This document shows, piece by piece, positions 26,354-36,351 of a stretch of DNA of 64,000 nt (the first letter of the stretch is position 1; each line of letters begins with the position of its first letter). The DNA comes from Planctomycetota bacterium (lineage in GTDB: Bacteria; Planctomycetota; UBA8108; SXIK01): contig OZ244999.1 in NCBI GenBank assembly GCA_965223265.1, positions 3,744,001-3,808,000 on the forward strand, read 5' to 3'. A program made the translations under genes and the position numbers. The notes beneath the pieces were generated by a model. It had not been told where the DNA came from, searched no databases, and worked only from the letters and a program-made list of their open reading frames with translations.

Positions 26354-26472
26354 ACATGAGAAGTTTTCGGAACGTCTACTCCGCAGTGAACACCCGCTAC
26401 CCCAGCTCGAGTTCCGAGAAGATGGGTTATGATGACAAAATGGGGCTACGAACCAAGAGTGTGAAGAACGAG

Positions 26473-27492
26473 ATGCAGGAGCGCAGGACATTACCGGAAG
26501 CCAGATGTTTATCGGGCCATGGAGGCGCAAACAGATGGAGACGCTGCTTGGGTTTCGCTGCAGCGGCGACACTGAGCTTCGGCGTGGGGTGCACGTCGGC
26601 ACCGGAGAATCAAGTCAGCAAAGAAGCGCGCCTCGATCATGGCCTGGAACTCATGATGGCAGGAGACTATCCGCGTGCCGTGGAGACATTCAACGAAGCG
26701 CTTGAGCTCGATCCCGAGCTGACCCGAGCCTGGGTCCACCGCAGCGAGGCCGAACTTCGCCTACGTCTTCCAGCCGCGGCTCTGGAGTCCGCTCGGCGCG
26801 GCATCCGGATCGACCCTGCCTATACTCAGGCTTGGATCCACCAGGGCGCGGCGCTGCTGGCTCTCGGACGCTCGAAAGACGCTCTCGTGTCGTATCAAAA
26901 AGCAGCCGAGCTCGAGCCAACACTGAGCGCGGGCCACTTCGGGCAAGGCAAAGCGCTCGAAGCTCTCGATCGCTACGCCGACGCCGTCATCGCATACGAC
27001 AAAGCAACGGAGCTGGACGAAGAGGACGCAGCGATCTGGTTTCGCAAGGGCGTCGCGGAACTCACGATCCGCTCCAACGCGGCGGCCCTCGCCAGCTTCA
27101 ACCGCGCCATCACGCTCGACCCGGGCAACCTGCGCGCCTGGTTCAACCGTGGACTCGTGCTTGCGCGACTGAAATTGCCGGAGGACGCTCTCGAGGCGTA
27201 CGAGCATGTCCTTGACCAGGATTCGAGTCACGGCGGCGCCTGGGTCGGCAAGGGGACCGCACTCAACCAGGCGGGCAAGTACGACGAAGCGCTCCTCGCC
27301 TACGATCGCGCGCTCAAGCTGAATCCAAACGACGCTGCAGCCTGGTACAACCGAGGTGTGGCGCTCTTTCATCTGAATCGCTTCGAGGAGCAGCGCCAAG
27401 CGTTCGAGCGCGCGGCAGAGCTCGGCAGCGCGCCGGCGCGCGCGCGGCTCAAAAAGCTTGACTCGCCGGAGGCGGCGCCGTCGAAGAGCTGA
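26473..27492 (+). CDS. TPR-repeat (lipo)protein
   Basis: About 8 TPRs (AWFNRG, AWVGKG, AWYNRG); hydrophobic stretch ending FGVGC (lipobox-like). Start uncertain (track start 26341). Confidence 0.85.
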   Translation: MQERRTLPEARCLSGHGGANRWRRCLGFAAAATLSFGVGCTSAPENQVSKEARLDHGLELMMAGDYPRAVETFNEALELDPELTRAWVHRSEAELRLRLPAAALESARRGIRIDPAYTQAWIHQGAALLALGRSKDALVSYQKAAELEPTLSAGHFGQGKALEALDRYADAVIAYDKATELDEEDAAIWFRKGVAELTIRSNAAALASFNRAITLDPGNLRAWFNRGLVLARLKLPEDALEAYEHVLDQDSSHGGAWVGKGTALNQAGKYDEALLAYDRALKLNPNDAAAWYNRGVALFHLNRFEEQRQAFERAAELGSAPARARLKKLDSPEAAPSKS

Positions 27493-27759
27493 GCGGATCG
27501 ACGCTCTTCGCGACTGTTCGCGCCCGGACTTCCCACCAAAACGCGGAAGTCCTTTAGGCGTCACCAGTCGCCGCCTTTGACGCACTGAGCCGGAGCGTGT
27601 CGATGTCAACCTGAGGCTTCGCTACAATCCAAGGCACCGGAGAAGCTTTCAGGCGGGAGTCCTGATCAAGAGCATCGAACTCTCTACAGTCCGCGCATCG
27701 CGTCACAAGTGAGCCGCACACGTTCACCGTGTCCTTTCTCAACATCCGAGGAAGCCATC

Positions 27760-28347
27760 ATGAATGCGACCGTAGCGTCCACGGTGCCGAGCTTTGTCAG
27801 GCGATGGCGGCTTCCGAGCAGTTTCCTGGTTGAGGTCACGAACCGGTTGACAGGTTACACCACCCTGTTGTTGCTGACGGCCAGCCTGTGTGCTGGCTGC
27901 GCCTATATTCCACGAGGAACCACGGAGGAAGTCATCATGCCGGGTCACGATGAAGAAGACAGCGTGAGGCGATGGTTCGAGGAGTGGACCGTGGCGACTG
28001 ATAGTGGCGACCTTGCTCGCGCGCATAGCCTCGTCGCCGATGACGCGGTTTTCTTGGTTCCAGGTTTTGGTCGTATGGACCCAAAAGACTTCATCGAGGG
28101 AGCATCCAGTTCGCCAGAAAAGCTTGAGCAGTACGAATTCAGCGGTGGTGCAGAAGTTGAGGAGATTCGTGTCTCTGGTTCGCTTGCCTACATATTGACC
28201 AAATCCGATTTCGCGATCACCGACAAGGCAAGCGGTGAAGAGACGAAATACAGCGGCCACTCCCTCTCGGTGCTCGAAAAAGGGCCAAGCGGAACTTGGC
28301 TGCTCATTCGAGACGCGAACACGGTGCTGCCGCTGGGCCAAGAGTGA
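27760..28347 (+). CDS. NTF2/SnoaL-like (DUF4440) protein
   Basis: GD..ADDAVFLVPG..EIRVSGSLAY..WLLIRDAN; LCAGC lipobox-like motif; GAGGA SD. Confidence 0.75.
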   Translation: MNATVASTVPSFVRRWRLPSSFLVEVTNRLTGYTTLLLLTASLCAGCAYIPRGTTEEVIMPGHDEEDSVRRWFEEWTVATDSGDLARAHSLVADDAVFLVPGFGRMDPKDFIEGASSSPEKLEQYEFSGGAEVEEIRVSGSLAYILTKSDFAITDKASGEETKYSGHSLSVLEKGPSGTWLLIRDANTVLPLGQE

Positions 28348-28562
28348 TCCGCGCTCCTGGACAGCCAGGAGCCAACGCATGAATGCGAGCTTCCACGAAA
28401 CGGTGCTCAGAAGACCTGGTCTCGATCGTCGGAAGAGTGGATCGCGGAGCAGCTCGATCCCCCGGCGTGCGTGCGAGAAGTGAAGTTTGCTGCCATAATG
28501 TGACTGCTGGATCGTTCACCGATCGATCGTACTCACTCCGGAAAGAGTTTGAAAGGTCTCGC

Positions 28563-29882
28563 ATGCGCCCTCACTTCACGTTCATCCCGCTTTTCATCGC
28601 AGCGGTGCTGACGTCACCATCCCCGTGCGCTGATTGGCCGCAATTCCGCGGCCCAGGCGGTCAGGGGCACTCCGACGCCAAGGACTTGCCGACGTCGTGG
28701 AGCGAGACGAAAAACATCGTCTGGAAAGTACCGATCCCCGGCAGCGGGCATTCGTCGCCCGTGATTGCCGATGACCAGATCTGGCTGACGACGGCGACCG
28801 CTGACGGCAAAGTGATGCACGCTCTTTGCGTGGCGTTCGACGACGGTGCGCTGCGGCATGACGTCAAGCTGTTTGAGGTCGACGCTGCGCCGAAGGCTCA
28901 TGGCAAAAACAGCCACGCCACCCCGACTCCCGTGGTCGACGGTGATCACGTCTACGTTCACTTTGGCGCCACCGGCACGGCGAGCCTGGCGCGAAAGAGC
29001 GGCGATGTCGTCTGGAAGGTCAACGATCTCACGTACAAGCAGCCCTATGCCGCGGCGAGCTCGCCGATGGTCTATGGCGACTTTCTCATTCTCAACTGCG
29101 ACGGCACCGACGCGCAGTTCGTCGTCGCGCTCGAGAAAGCGACCGGCGACGTGGCGTGGAAAACACCGCGCGCTCACCTCGAGGCGCTCCGAGCCGACCC
29201 TGACCAGCGTTTCCCCGATGGGTTCACGCTCATGGCGTACGCGACGCCGCTCGTGATCGACGTCGCTGGAGTACCGCAACTGATCAGCCCGGCAGCGGAG
29301 CACGTCGCGGCATATGATGCACGCACGGGAGAGGAGATTTGGTGGCTCGGCTACAGCGGCTTCTCTGAAGTCGCGCGGCCGGTGTACGCGCATGGAACCT
29401 TGATTATTCTCGGCTTCGAGGAAGTCAGTCAACGCACACTTTTCGCCGTACGTCCGGGTGGACGCGGCGACGTCGGTTCTTCGCACCTGGCGTGGAAGCG
29501 ACGCAAGAGCGTGCCGCACGTACCGTCTCCGCTCGTTGTGGGGGACGAGCTTTACCTGATCGGCGACGGTGGGGTCGCGACGTGTCTCGACGTGCGCACA
29601 GGTGACGAGCACTGGCAAGCACGGATCGGCGGCAACTTCTCAGCTTCGCCGGTCTATGCCGATGGCAAGATCTATCTCTGCAGCGAAGAAGGCAAGACGT
29701 CCGTTCTCACGCCAGGAAAGACGCACAGGACGCTGGCGGTGAACGAGCTCGAAGGCCGCCTAATGGCGTCGCCGGCGGTGGTGGGGGGTTCGCTCATCCT
29801 TCGCACGGAGACTCACCTCTACCGGATCGAAAAACGACTCTCTACGTCCGTACCTCGCGAGGAAAAAACGCCGGGATCATGA
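28563..29882 (+). CDS. PQQ-like beta-propeller (BamB-like) protein
   Basis: Signal peptide then ADWPQFRGP, GHSSPVI, ATPTPV, PSPLV, FSASPV, ASPAV. Confidence 0.88.
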   Translation: MRPHFTFIPLFIAAVLTSPSPCADWPQFRGPGGQGHSDAKDLPTSWSETKNIVWKVPIPGSGHSSPVIADDQIWLTTATADGKVMHALCVAFDDGALRHDVKLFEVDAAPKAHGKNSHATPTPVVDGDHVYVHFGATGTASLARKSGDVVWKVNDLTYKQPYAAASSPMVYGDFLILNCDGTDAQFVVALEKATGDVAWKTPRAHLEALRADPDQRFPDGFTLMAYATPLVIDVAGVPQLISPAAEHVAAYDARTGEEIWWLGYSGFSEVARPVYAHGTLIILGFEEVSQRTLFAVRPGGRGDVGSSHLAWKRRKSVPHVPSPLVVGDELYLIGDGGVATCLDVRTGDEHWQARIGGNFSASPVYADGKIYLCSEEGKTSVLTPGKTHRTLAVNELEGRLMASPAVVGGSLILRTETHLYRIEKRLSTSVPREEKTPGS

Positions 29883-30490
29883 GCTTCGAGAACTGGCTCA
29901 CGTTCTGCGCGATCGAGACACTGCTGTGCTTCACTCCAGGACCTGCGGTTTTGGTCGTGGTGTCAGTGACGATCGCCCGCGGGGCTGGTCCTGGTGTCTC
30001 AGCGGCGATGGGTGTTCTTGCCGCCAACACGCTCTACTTCGCGATCTCCGCTCTGGGTGTGGTTGGAGTGCTTCTTGCCTCGTCACAGTTTTTCGCCGTC
30101 CTTAAGTGCGTTGGCGCAGCGTACCTCGTGGTCGTCGGACTGCGAATGCTCCTCTCACAACACCACCCCACGCTTGAGAACGGGGACGACGGTCTGCGAG
30201 GGCCGTTCTTGCGTGGTCTTGTGGTGCAGGGAGCGAACCCGAAAGCCCTCATGTTCTTTGTGGCGATTCTCCCGCAGTTCGTCAATCCCGCTGAGCCGGT
30301 CGCGCAGCAGATCCTCATTCTTGGCGCAAGTTCAGTCGTGATCGAATTCGTCGCCTTGAACGTCTTCGCACTCGCGGCGGCGAGCACTCGAAAGCTGGTC
30401 GGCGAAAGGCTATCGAGTTCGCTGCAGCGACTCGGGGGCGGCCTCCTCGTCGCTGCGGGGGTACGACTCGCCTTTGACAGGTCCAACTAG
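29879..30490 (+). CDS. LysE/RhtB family translocator
   Basis: TPGPA, GAAYL, NPKALMFF, LPQFV; ATGA overlap. Confidence 0.9.
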   Translation: MSFENWLTFCAIETLLCFTPGPAVLVVVSVTIARGAGPGVSAAMGVLAANTLYFAISALGVVGVLLASSQFFAVLKCVGAAYLVVVGLRMLLSQHHPTLENGDDGLRGPFLRGLVVQGANPKALMFFVAILPQFVNPAEPVAQQILILGASSVVIEFVALNVFALAAASTRKLVGERLSSSLQRLGGGLLVAAGVRLAFDRSN

Positions 30491-30584
30491 GCGTTGGCCG
30501 ACTCAAAGCCAGTCGCGACACGGCGGAGCATCCATGCCCCGATAGGTCGACAGGGTTCGCCTTGCCGTATGGATTCGCCAAGGG

Positions 30585-31430
30585 TCATTCCCGCCGACGC
30601 CACCAACCGATGCTCCAGGGCACCACTAGGAGCAGTCCGAGCGCCGCGACGGTCAATTGCCCTGGCGGGTAACCAAAGCGGTCAGCGATCACAAAACTCA
30701 CCGCAGTGGCAGCAACGGCTACCACGGGTGCGACGATGAGCATGGGACGAATCTCGCGCAGAACGTTCTTGGCGACGAGGGCAGGAAGGACCAGGCAACC
30801 GAAGGTAAAGAGGAGGCCCGAGGAGCTAATCGCCAGGCCGACGGAGACTCCCAACCAAGCTGCGGTCACGAGTGACCAAATCGAAGAACGCATCCCGACA
30901 GCCGTCGCCATCGCCGGGTCGATTGTGAAAAGAACCAAACGGTTTCGACACCAAAAGACGACCGCGGTAGTTCCAAAGGCGAGGACACCGAAGAGCCACA
31001 CTTCAGTGCGCTGAGCCACGACGATGCTTGAGAAGAGGAGGTTATGGACCTCCTCCTGCCCGTGAGGACTGCCCGTAACGATGAGGATCGCCAGACTCCC
31101 AGCGACCAGAAAAACCCAGCCGGTCACCGCCTCGTGACTCTCCCGGCTACCGACGCCTGATGTTATGAGCGCTGCCATGACGGAAAAAACCACTGCGACG
31201 GCGGTGGAGAATTGAGCCGAGCGCAGCCACGACTCCTCGCCAACGACTATGCCAAGCGCTAACACGATTGCAATTCCGAGCGTTGAAGCTTGAGAGACAG
31301 CGGCGCCAAGAAAGATTTGGTCACGAGCGACGACCAAGACGCCGACCTGGGCGAGCAGCCATGCAACGAAACATCCCGTGAGAAAGCTATCTGCGAAGAG
31401 CTCCCAGTAGAGAAGGAGGTGCTCCATCAA
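30585..31430 (-). CDS. Zn/Mn ABC transporter permease
   Basis: Multi-TM ABC-3 family pattern; coupled to the ATPase gene. Confidence 0.85.
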   Translation of the reverse strand: MMEHLLLYWELFADSFLTGCFVAWLLAQVGVLVVARDQIFLGAAVSQASTLGIAIVLALGIVVGEESWLRSAQFSTAVAVVFSVMAALITSGVGSRESHEAVTGWVFLVAGSLAILIVTGSPHGQEEVHNLLFSSIVVAQRTEVWLFGVLAFGTTAVVFWCRNRLVLFTIDPAMATAVGMRSSIWSLVTAAWLGVSVGLAISSSGLLFTFGCLVLPALVAKNVLREIRPMLIVAPVVAVAATAVSFVIADRFGYPPGQLTVAALGLLLVVPWSIGWWRRRE

Positions 31431-32212
31431 GAGGTTTCCCCCTTCGTCTTGACTTCCACACTATGGCGGCCACGGTCGGAACTTACCGAAAAGGGAACTC
31501 CGTACGCACGTTCAAGATGGTCCGAGCGGAGCGTTGTCGCCGCGTCGCCGCAGAGGACTCGCCCGTCGCCGCAAAGCGCGAACCGGGTGCAGTGGCGCAG
31601 GGCAAGCGTCAGTTCGTGGGTGACGAAAACGATCGTGGGGCGCTCCTGCGAATGATGAAGCTCAACGAGGCACTGGAGAAGGTCTTCTGTAGCACGCACG
31701 TCGAGGCTAGCCGTAGGTTCGTCAAGCAGAAGTAGAACAGGACGCCGCACGAGCGCGCGCGCGACGAGCACGCGCTGGCGTTGCCCTCCGGAGAGTGACC
31801 AGTAGTCTCTCCCTTCGCAGCCCGAAAGTCCTGCACGACTGAGTGCCCATTCGAGACGTTCCCGACGATCATGACGGTCTACGCTGATTCCGACCAAACC
31901 GAGGCTGACGAATTCACGGACAGTCGTTGGCAGCGTTCTCTTTATTTCACAACGTTGAGGCACGAATCCGATGCGCCGGCGCCCGTCGAGATCGTGCGAC
32001 TGGAAGACCTTGCCGCGAAACGGACGCACAATGCCAAGGAGCGCGCTGACCAAAGTCGACTTTCCAGCACCGTTGGGCCCCACCACGGCCCAAAACTCGC
32101 CACGAGAAACTTCCATGCTCACGGATTCGAGTACCGCTTTACGGCCATAGCCGAGAGATACTCCGTTGAGTCTAACAAGCCACTCCTGGTCTGGAACTTC
32201 CGAAAGCTTCAA
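31427..32212 (-). CDS. Zn/Mn ABC transporter ATP-binding protein
   Basis: GPNGAGKST, LSGGQRQR, LLLDEP, VTHE. Confidence 0.92.
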   Translation of the reverse strand: MKLSEVPDQEWLVRLNGVSLGYGRKAVLESVSMEVSRGEFWAVVGPNGAGKSTLVSALLGIVRPFRGKVFQSHDLDGRRRIGFVPQRCEIKRTLPTTVREFVSLGLVGISVDRHDRRERLEWALSRAGLSGCEGRDYWSLSGGQRQRVLVARALVRRPVLLLLDEPTASLDVRATEDLLQCLVELHHSQERPTIVFVTHELTLALRHCTRFALCGDGRVLCGDAATTLRSDHLERAYGVPFSVSSDRGRHSVEVKTKGETS

Positions 32213-33291
32213 GGCTCCCCCCCGAGCCGACTCTTCTCCAGCGCATTGACCAGTTGGCGTACGTTGTAGTCGAACACACCTACGTACCCGTCAGCGCCTT
32301 TTCGAGAGCCTGACTGGTGTGCCATCTCTACTACAGAGGTGCCCGCGTGGTGCGCCACGAATTCCGCGTGGCGCGGGTTGAAGTACGCGCAAGAGAGAAC
32401 GGCCGCGACCTTCTGCTCACGCGCGCCCCTAATGACTTGGCCCAGGTGACGTGTCGTCGGAGTGAGTCCAGGCTTGGGTTCAAGGAAGGCGACGACTTCA
32501 AGCCCGAACCGCCCCGTCAAGTAAGGCCATGTGTCGTGGTCAGCTACGCAGCGGGTCCCGTAGTACGGCCATAGAGCGCCGACCCAGCCCCCCAGAAGGT
32601 CCTTCTGTTTTTCCTTCTCGAGAAAGTTGACGAACCGCGCTACGCCTCCACGCTCCAAAAGCTTCAAGAGTTTCGGTACGTCTTCTCGTTTGTACTTGTT
32701 GACCAATTCCTTCCCGAATAGCGATTCCGCGACTCGGGTGCGAAACGCATCGAGGCGCTCAGCAAAGGCTTCTCTTTTTTCTGGGCGCAGATCCGAGAAG
32801 CGCTTCGCCAGGAGCGTCGCGACTCGCAGTCCGTTCAGCGGGTCGAGCAGATAGTGCGGGTTACCGTGACCGTGAACGTCGCCCATTGCTCGACTGACCG
32901 GTGTCTTCGGAACGGCGAGCGGTTGGACGGCTCGAGAGGCGTCGACATACCCTTCCCCCCCGGGACGCACCCTGGGATTTCGAGCTGTTCTTAGCAGTTG
33001 AGGAGCCCAGCCCACTTCCAGTTCGAGTCCGATCGCGACAAAGACGTCCGCGTTGTGGATCGAACGGACGAAACTGGGTCGTGCCACGATCGTGTGCGGG
33101 TCCTGCGGACCTTTCGTGAGGACCGTGACCTGTACATCGTTGCCTCCTACAATTCTCGCGAGGTCCCCAAGATCGGGGACCGTAGCGCACACTGCAAGTT
33201 TCGCCTCTTCAGCCTGCGAGGTACCGGAGAACAGCACCGTGAACAGAGCCAGCAGAGCGAGTCGGGTCTGATTTGTGTTACTCCGTCTCAT
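32209..33291 (-). CDS. Zn/Mn ABC transporter substrate-binding protein (cluster A-I)
   Basis: Signal peptide, QDPH, GDVHGHGNPHYLLDP, EPKPG. Confidence 0.9.
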   Translation of the reverse strand: MRRSNTNQTRLALLALFTVLFSGTSQAEEAKLAVCATVPDLGDLARIVGGNDVQVTVLTKGPQDPHTIVARPSFVRSIHNADVFVAIGLELEVGWAPQLLRTARNPRVRPGGEGYVDASRAVQPLAVPKTPVSRAMGDVHGHGNPHYLLDPLNGLRVATLLAKRFSDLRPEKREAFAERLDAFRTRVAESLFGKELVNKYKREDVPKLLKLLERGGVARFVNFLEKEKQKDLLGGWVGALWPYYGTRCVADHDTWPYLTGRFGLEVVAFLEPKPGLTPTTRHLGQVIRGAREQKVAAVLSCAYFNPRHAEFVAHHAGTSVVEMAHQSGSRKGADGYVGVFDYNVRQLVNALEKSRLGGEP

Positions 33292-33309
33292 CCTTTAACC
33301 TCCCGTTCT

Positions 33310-34716
33310 TCACATCGAGTGAGCTGGGTGCTTTCCGATCAACACTTCGAAGCCAAGCCATACCGAGTGAGCGTCATCCGCAAGGTGATCGGCCTGATCG
33401 AAGTTGTATTGCAGTCGCACGCGAGAGAAGTGAGTTGGCGTCCAAACAATCACGGGCGAGAGACGTTGGCGCTCGTCGCGAAACGGGTCCATGCTGCGCC
33501 CGCCGACGCTCGGTCCATCGCCCGAAACGAATTCGTAGCGCAGACCCGCCGACCAGTCTCTCAAAAATCCCCAGAGAAGTTGTGTGTACAGCCCCCAATC
33601 TCCGAGATCTTCTCCAGGGAGATCAGTGGCCTGGCCGTCGATTTTGTAATCTCGACGCATGATCTCGGATTGCCATGAGACGAACGGCCAACCCCGGTCG
33701 TTGTCGATAGGTTGCCACTTGAGTAAGAAATCCCCTCCGTAGATGACCGTGCGGCCTCCGGAGCCACTGGCGTTGGGACCGACAAGCCCGGAGAGCCCGA
33801 CAGAGGTCGACACCTCATCCGAGACGTCCCACGCGTTCTCCCAACGGCCGAGCCACACAAGGTCTCCAAGGCTCCGAACATCCTGGTCCTGGAATTCAAT
33901 CCCACCGACGGCGCGATCTTCGAAGAATTCGTCGCTTGCCAGGAAGCTGGCCATGGTCTCTCCGTTGGCGTTCTGCAAACCGAAATGGAACTGAGAGAAC
34001 CAGGGCAGGGGAGTCAGCCAGCCAATCCGCGCACCTGGCCCCCGCATCCCGTCAGGGCCAAAGACTCGCGAATTGATCACGGGTTGGTCAAGCCAATCCC
34101 AGGCGTGGGGGTGCCGCGGATTAATTCTCCCAAACTCCGTGAACATCTGCCCGATTTCGAGTTCGAGCCCGTACTCTTCAAGTCCGAATGGAAGCTGCTG
34201 CGTCGTCAGAAATGCTTCCTCGAGTTCCAAGACCGATTCGCCCTCGATTGGGTCGATGAAGTAGATCAGGTGCGCTTCGGCAGTGAAGAAGGGGTCTACA
34301 GCTCCGAGGAGTGAGAGCTCGAGATTCTGTAGCGTGAACCCTCGTTTGCGCGGGTCGTGACCGCCACCTTGCAGAGACCCAAGCGAGGAGTCTCGTTCCG
34401 TCGAGCTGCCGACGGCGAACAGCAAATCAACAGAAAGGTCAGTGAGTCGAAAGGTCACCGGGCCTGACTGGTAGCGCGCAATGTCGTCAGACGCGGACGG
34501 GAGGCTCTGAAGAGCACGGTCGAGAGACGAATCGCTTTGGTCAAGCTCATCGTCGAAAGAGTTCTCTTCCAGTCGGTTCAATTCAAGGTCGATGTTCGAA
34601 GGGCTGGGTTGCTCCTGCGCGTCGGCTGTGGTCGATGGTGACGGTACAAAAACCGTCGCCACCGCCCACGCCACGACGACTACGGAACGCCCTTCGATGG
34701 CATTCATGCGCATCAT
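33310..34716 (-). CDS. Outer-membrane beta-barrel associated with metal ABC uptake
   Basis: Signal peptide; GGHDP, GAVDPFF, FGRINPRHPHAW, alternating beta-strands, C-terminal GKHPAH; GGAG SD. Confidence 0.75.
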   Translation of the reverse strand: MMRMNAIEGRSVVVVAWAVATVFVPSPSTTADAQEQPSPSNIDLELNRLEENSFDDELDQSDSSLDRALQSLPSASDDIARYQSGPVTFRLTDLSVDLLFAVGSSTERDSSLGSLQGGGHDPRKRGFTLQNLELSLLGAVDPFFTAEAHLIYFIDPIEGESVLELEEAFLTTQQLPFGLEEYGLELEIGQMFTEFGRINPRHPHAWDWLDQPVINSRVFGPDGMRGPGARIGWLTPLPWFSQFHFGLQNANGETMASFLASDEFFEDRAVGGIEFQDQDVRSLGDLVWLGRWENAWDVSDEVSTSVGLSGLVGPNASGSGGRTVIYGGDFLLKWQPIDNDRGWPFVSWQSEIMRRDYKIDGQATDLPGEDLGDWGLYTQLLWGFLRDWSAGLRYEFVSGDGPSVGGRSMDPFRDERQRLSPVIVWTPTHFSRVRLQYNFDQADHLADDAHSVWLGFEVLIGKHPAHSM

Positions 34717-34814
34717 GGCGGCTCCAATAGGTTCGCTGTCGGACGACGTTCAGCAACTGAACAGGCCCGGAATGAGGAAGTTAGCCACGCTCTAAGCGCA
34801 GCGAGAACAACTCG

Positions 34815-35177
34815 TCAGCAAACCGGTGGAGCGCGCGGCGTACCGATGCTCAGGTCGATACGCCGGACGAGGAGAACGGAAACCGCGCGGCAGCACGTGA
34901 GGTCCGAGAGCCCAAAGTGTGGGGCGATGAACGCGGCGATGATTCCATAAGACGACGAGCTCTCTAGTGCCTTGCAGACTGGGCATGCGGATTGGCCGTG
35001 GTCATGGTCATGGCCATGGACCGGGGCGCCAGCGACCACCGATTGGTTGCAGCTGCCGCAGCTACCGTCGTGTGGACCGTGCGCCAACGGCACGAGTGTG
35101 CTCGCAACAAACCCAACGAGCGCCAAGAGGCGCACGACGAGAGGAAATCGGCTCTGATGCTCTGTAGACTGCGACAC
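34815..35177 (-). CDS. DUF2946-like His/Cys-rich leader protein with C-terminal RAPP motif
   Basis: N-terminal TM, HGPHDGSCGSC, HGHDHDHGQSACPVC, ends PRAPPVC*. GTG 35177 preferred over TTG 35186 because an extended -10 (TGcTATCCT) lies at 35196-35188. Confidence 0.8.
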   Translation of the reverse strand: MSQSTEHQSRFPLVVRLLALVGFVASTLVPLAHGPHDGSCGSCNQSVVAGAPVHGHDHDHGQSACPVCKALESSSSYGIIAAFIAPHFGLSDLTCCRAVSVLLVRRIDLSIGTPRAPPVC

Positions 35178-35539
35178 GGTAGCCAAGAGGATAGCAGATT
35201 CTGAACGAAAGTCGAAGGTCCTCCCTGGATTTGACGGGCGCAGATAAAACTTGTTGAACTGAGTCGCTGCGCGTCGGGAGGGGCGACCGAAAGCGCTTTG
35301 TGGGCAGTTCGGTAGCCACGGCCAAACTCAAGCACAAGGCGGTCGAGTGAAAGCTTTACGCCGCCGGGCTGCGGACGGCGAGAAACTCTGCAGTCTCGGC
35401 ACCCAAACTGACGTCGACAGCGACAGAATGGCCGTCCACATCCAGCAACGGACGGGCGGAAGTCGCGTTGTGCGATGCTGTCCGATCGCACTCATCGTGA
35501 ATCGGAGGCCAGACCGTTCGCTCTATCGCCCCCTCGGCT

Positions 35540-35653
35540 TCAGTCGGAAGTCAGAGCTCTCCAAACGACAACGCCAAGGAACACCACGGCCAAGAGGATG
35601 GCGAGCACGCCCAGTACGATGAGCACGAGTTCAACGGGACCTGGGATGAACAT
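35540..35653 (-). CDS. Unannotated 37-aa single-TM peptide
   Basis: MFIPGPVELVLIVLGVLAILLAVVFLGVVVWRALTSD*, AAGGTG SD, GC3-rich codons; below the ORF-track cutoff. Confidence 0.6.
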   Translation of the reverse strand: MFIPGPVELVLIVLGVLAILLAVVFLGVVVWRALTSD

Positions 35654-35752
35654 GTGGCACCTTCAGACTCTGCGGTTGCCAACAATCAACAGAGCGGATG
35701 CGGTGCTTCCGATGTCTTCCTGCAGAGAAGTCGTCTGAAGTGGGAGTCATTT

Positions 35753-36139
35753 TCATTCGCTTGCGGAATTCACGCTCGCCGCGCTCAGATGCTCGGCGAG
35801 CAGCATCCAAGCGCCGCTCTCTCGCACCAGGACGCCTGTACCTCTCCCGGACCCGCTCGCCGGGCGCTCATCAATCCGTCCGCTCCATGTGAAATCGAAC
35901 GTGTAGACCGCGATCGGCTCATCTCGTCGAATCCAGTGCAGGTTCAACATCCGGTATGTATCCCCCTGAATCGACGCGAAGTTGCGCTCGAACGCTTGCC
36001 GCACTGCCTCCTTGCCGCGGTGAACAGCTCCGGTGGAAAACGTCACGCACGCGTCCGCATGGACCAGAGGCTCAACCTGCTGCCAATCCTGCGCCTCTAA
36101 GGCGGCTGCATAGGCGCAAAGGAAGTCGTCGGGACTCAC
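35753..36139 (-). CDS. NTF2/SnoaL-like (DUF4440) protein
   Basis: YAAALE..HADA..HRGKEAVR..GRGT..WMLLAEHLS; GTG 36139 likely start. Confidence 0.8.
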   Translation of the reverse strand: MSPDDFLCAYAAALEAQDWQQVEPLVHADACVTFSTGAVHRGKEAVRQAFERNFASIQGDTYRMLNLHWIRRDEPIAVYTFDFTWSGRIDERPASGSGRGTGVLVRESGAWMLLAEHLSAASVNSASE

Positions 36140-36351
36140 GGTCCGCCGATCCCCAACGCTGACCTGTCGACTGAGATGACGACGTCGCTCTTCATTGCAC
36201 CATACTCCCACAGCGGTCAGGCCGAGTTCTTGAAAAAAGCTGAGAAAGTCTGAAACTTGAACTCAACGCGCTGGACTGTACTAAGAAGGCGCACTTGCTG
36301 CGCCTCCTGCACGTATCGCAACCGCCATCGCTCTCAAAAAGGGGGGATCCC

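Noticed and set aside
35540-35653. Calling the 37-aa peptide tatA
   Set aside because: It lacks the FG hinge followed by an amphipathic helix and charged tail, and there is no tatC nearby.
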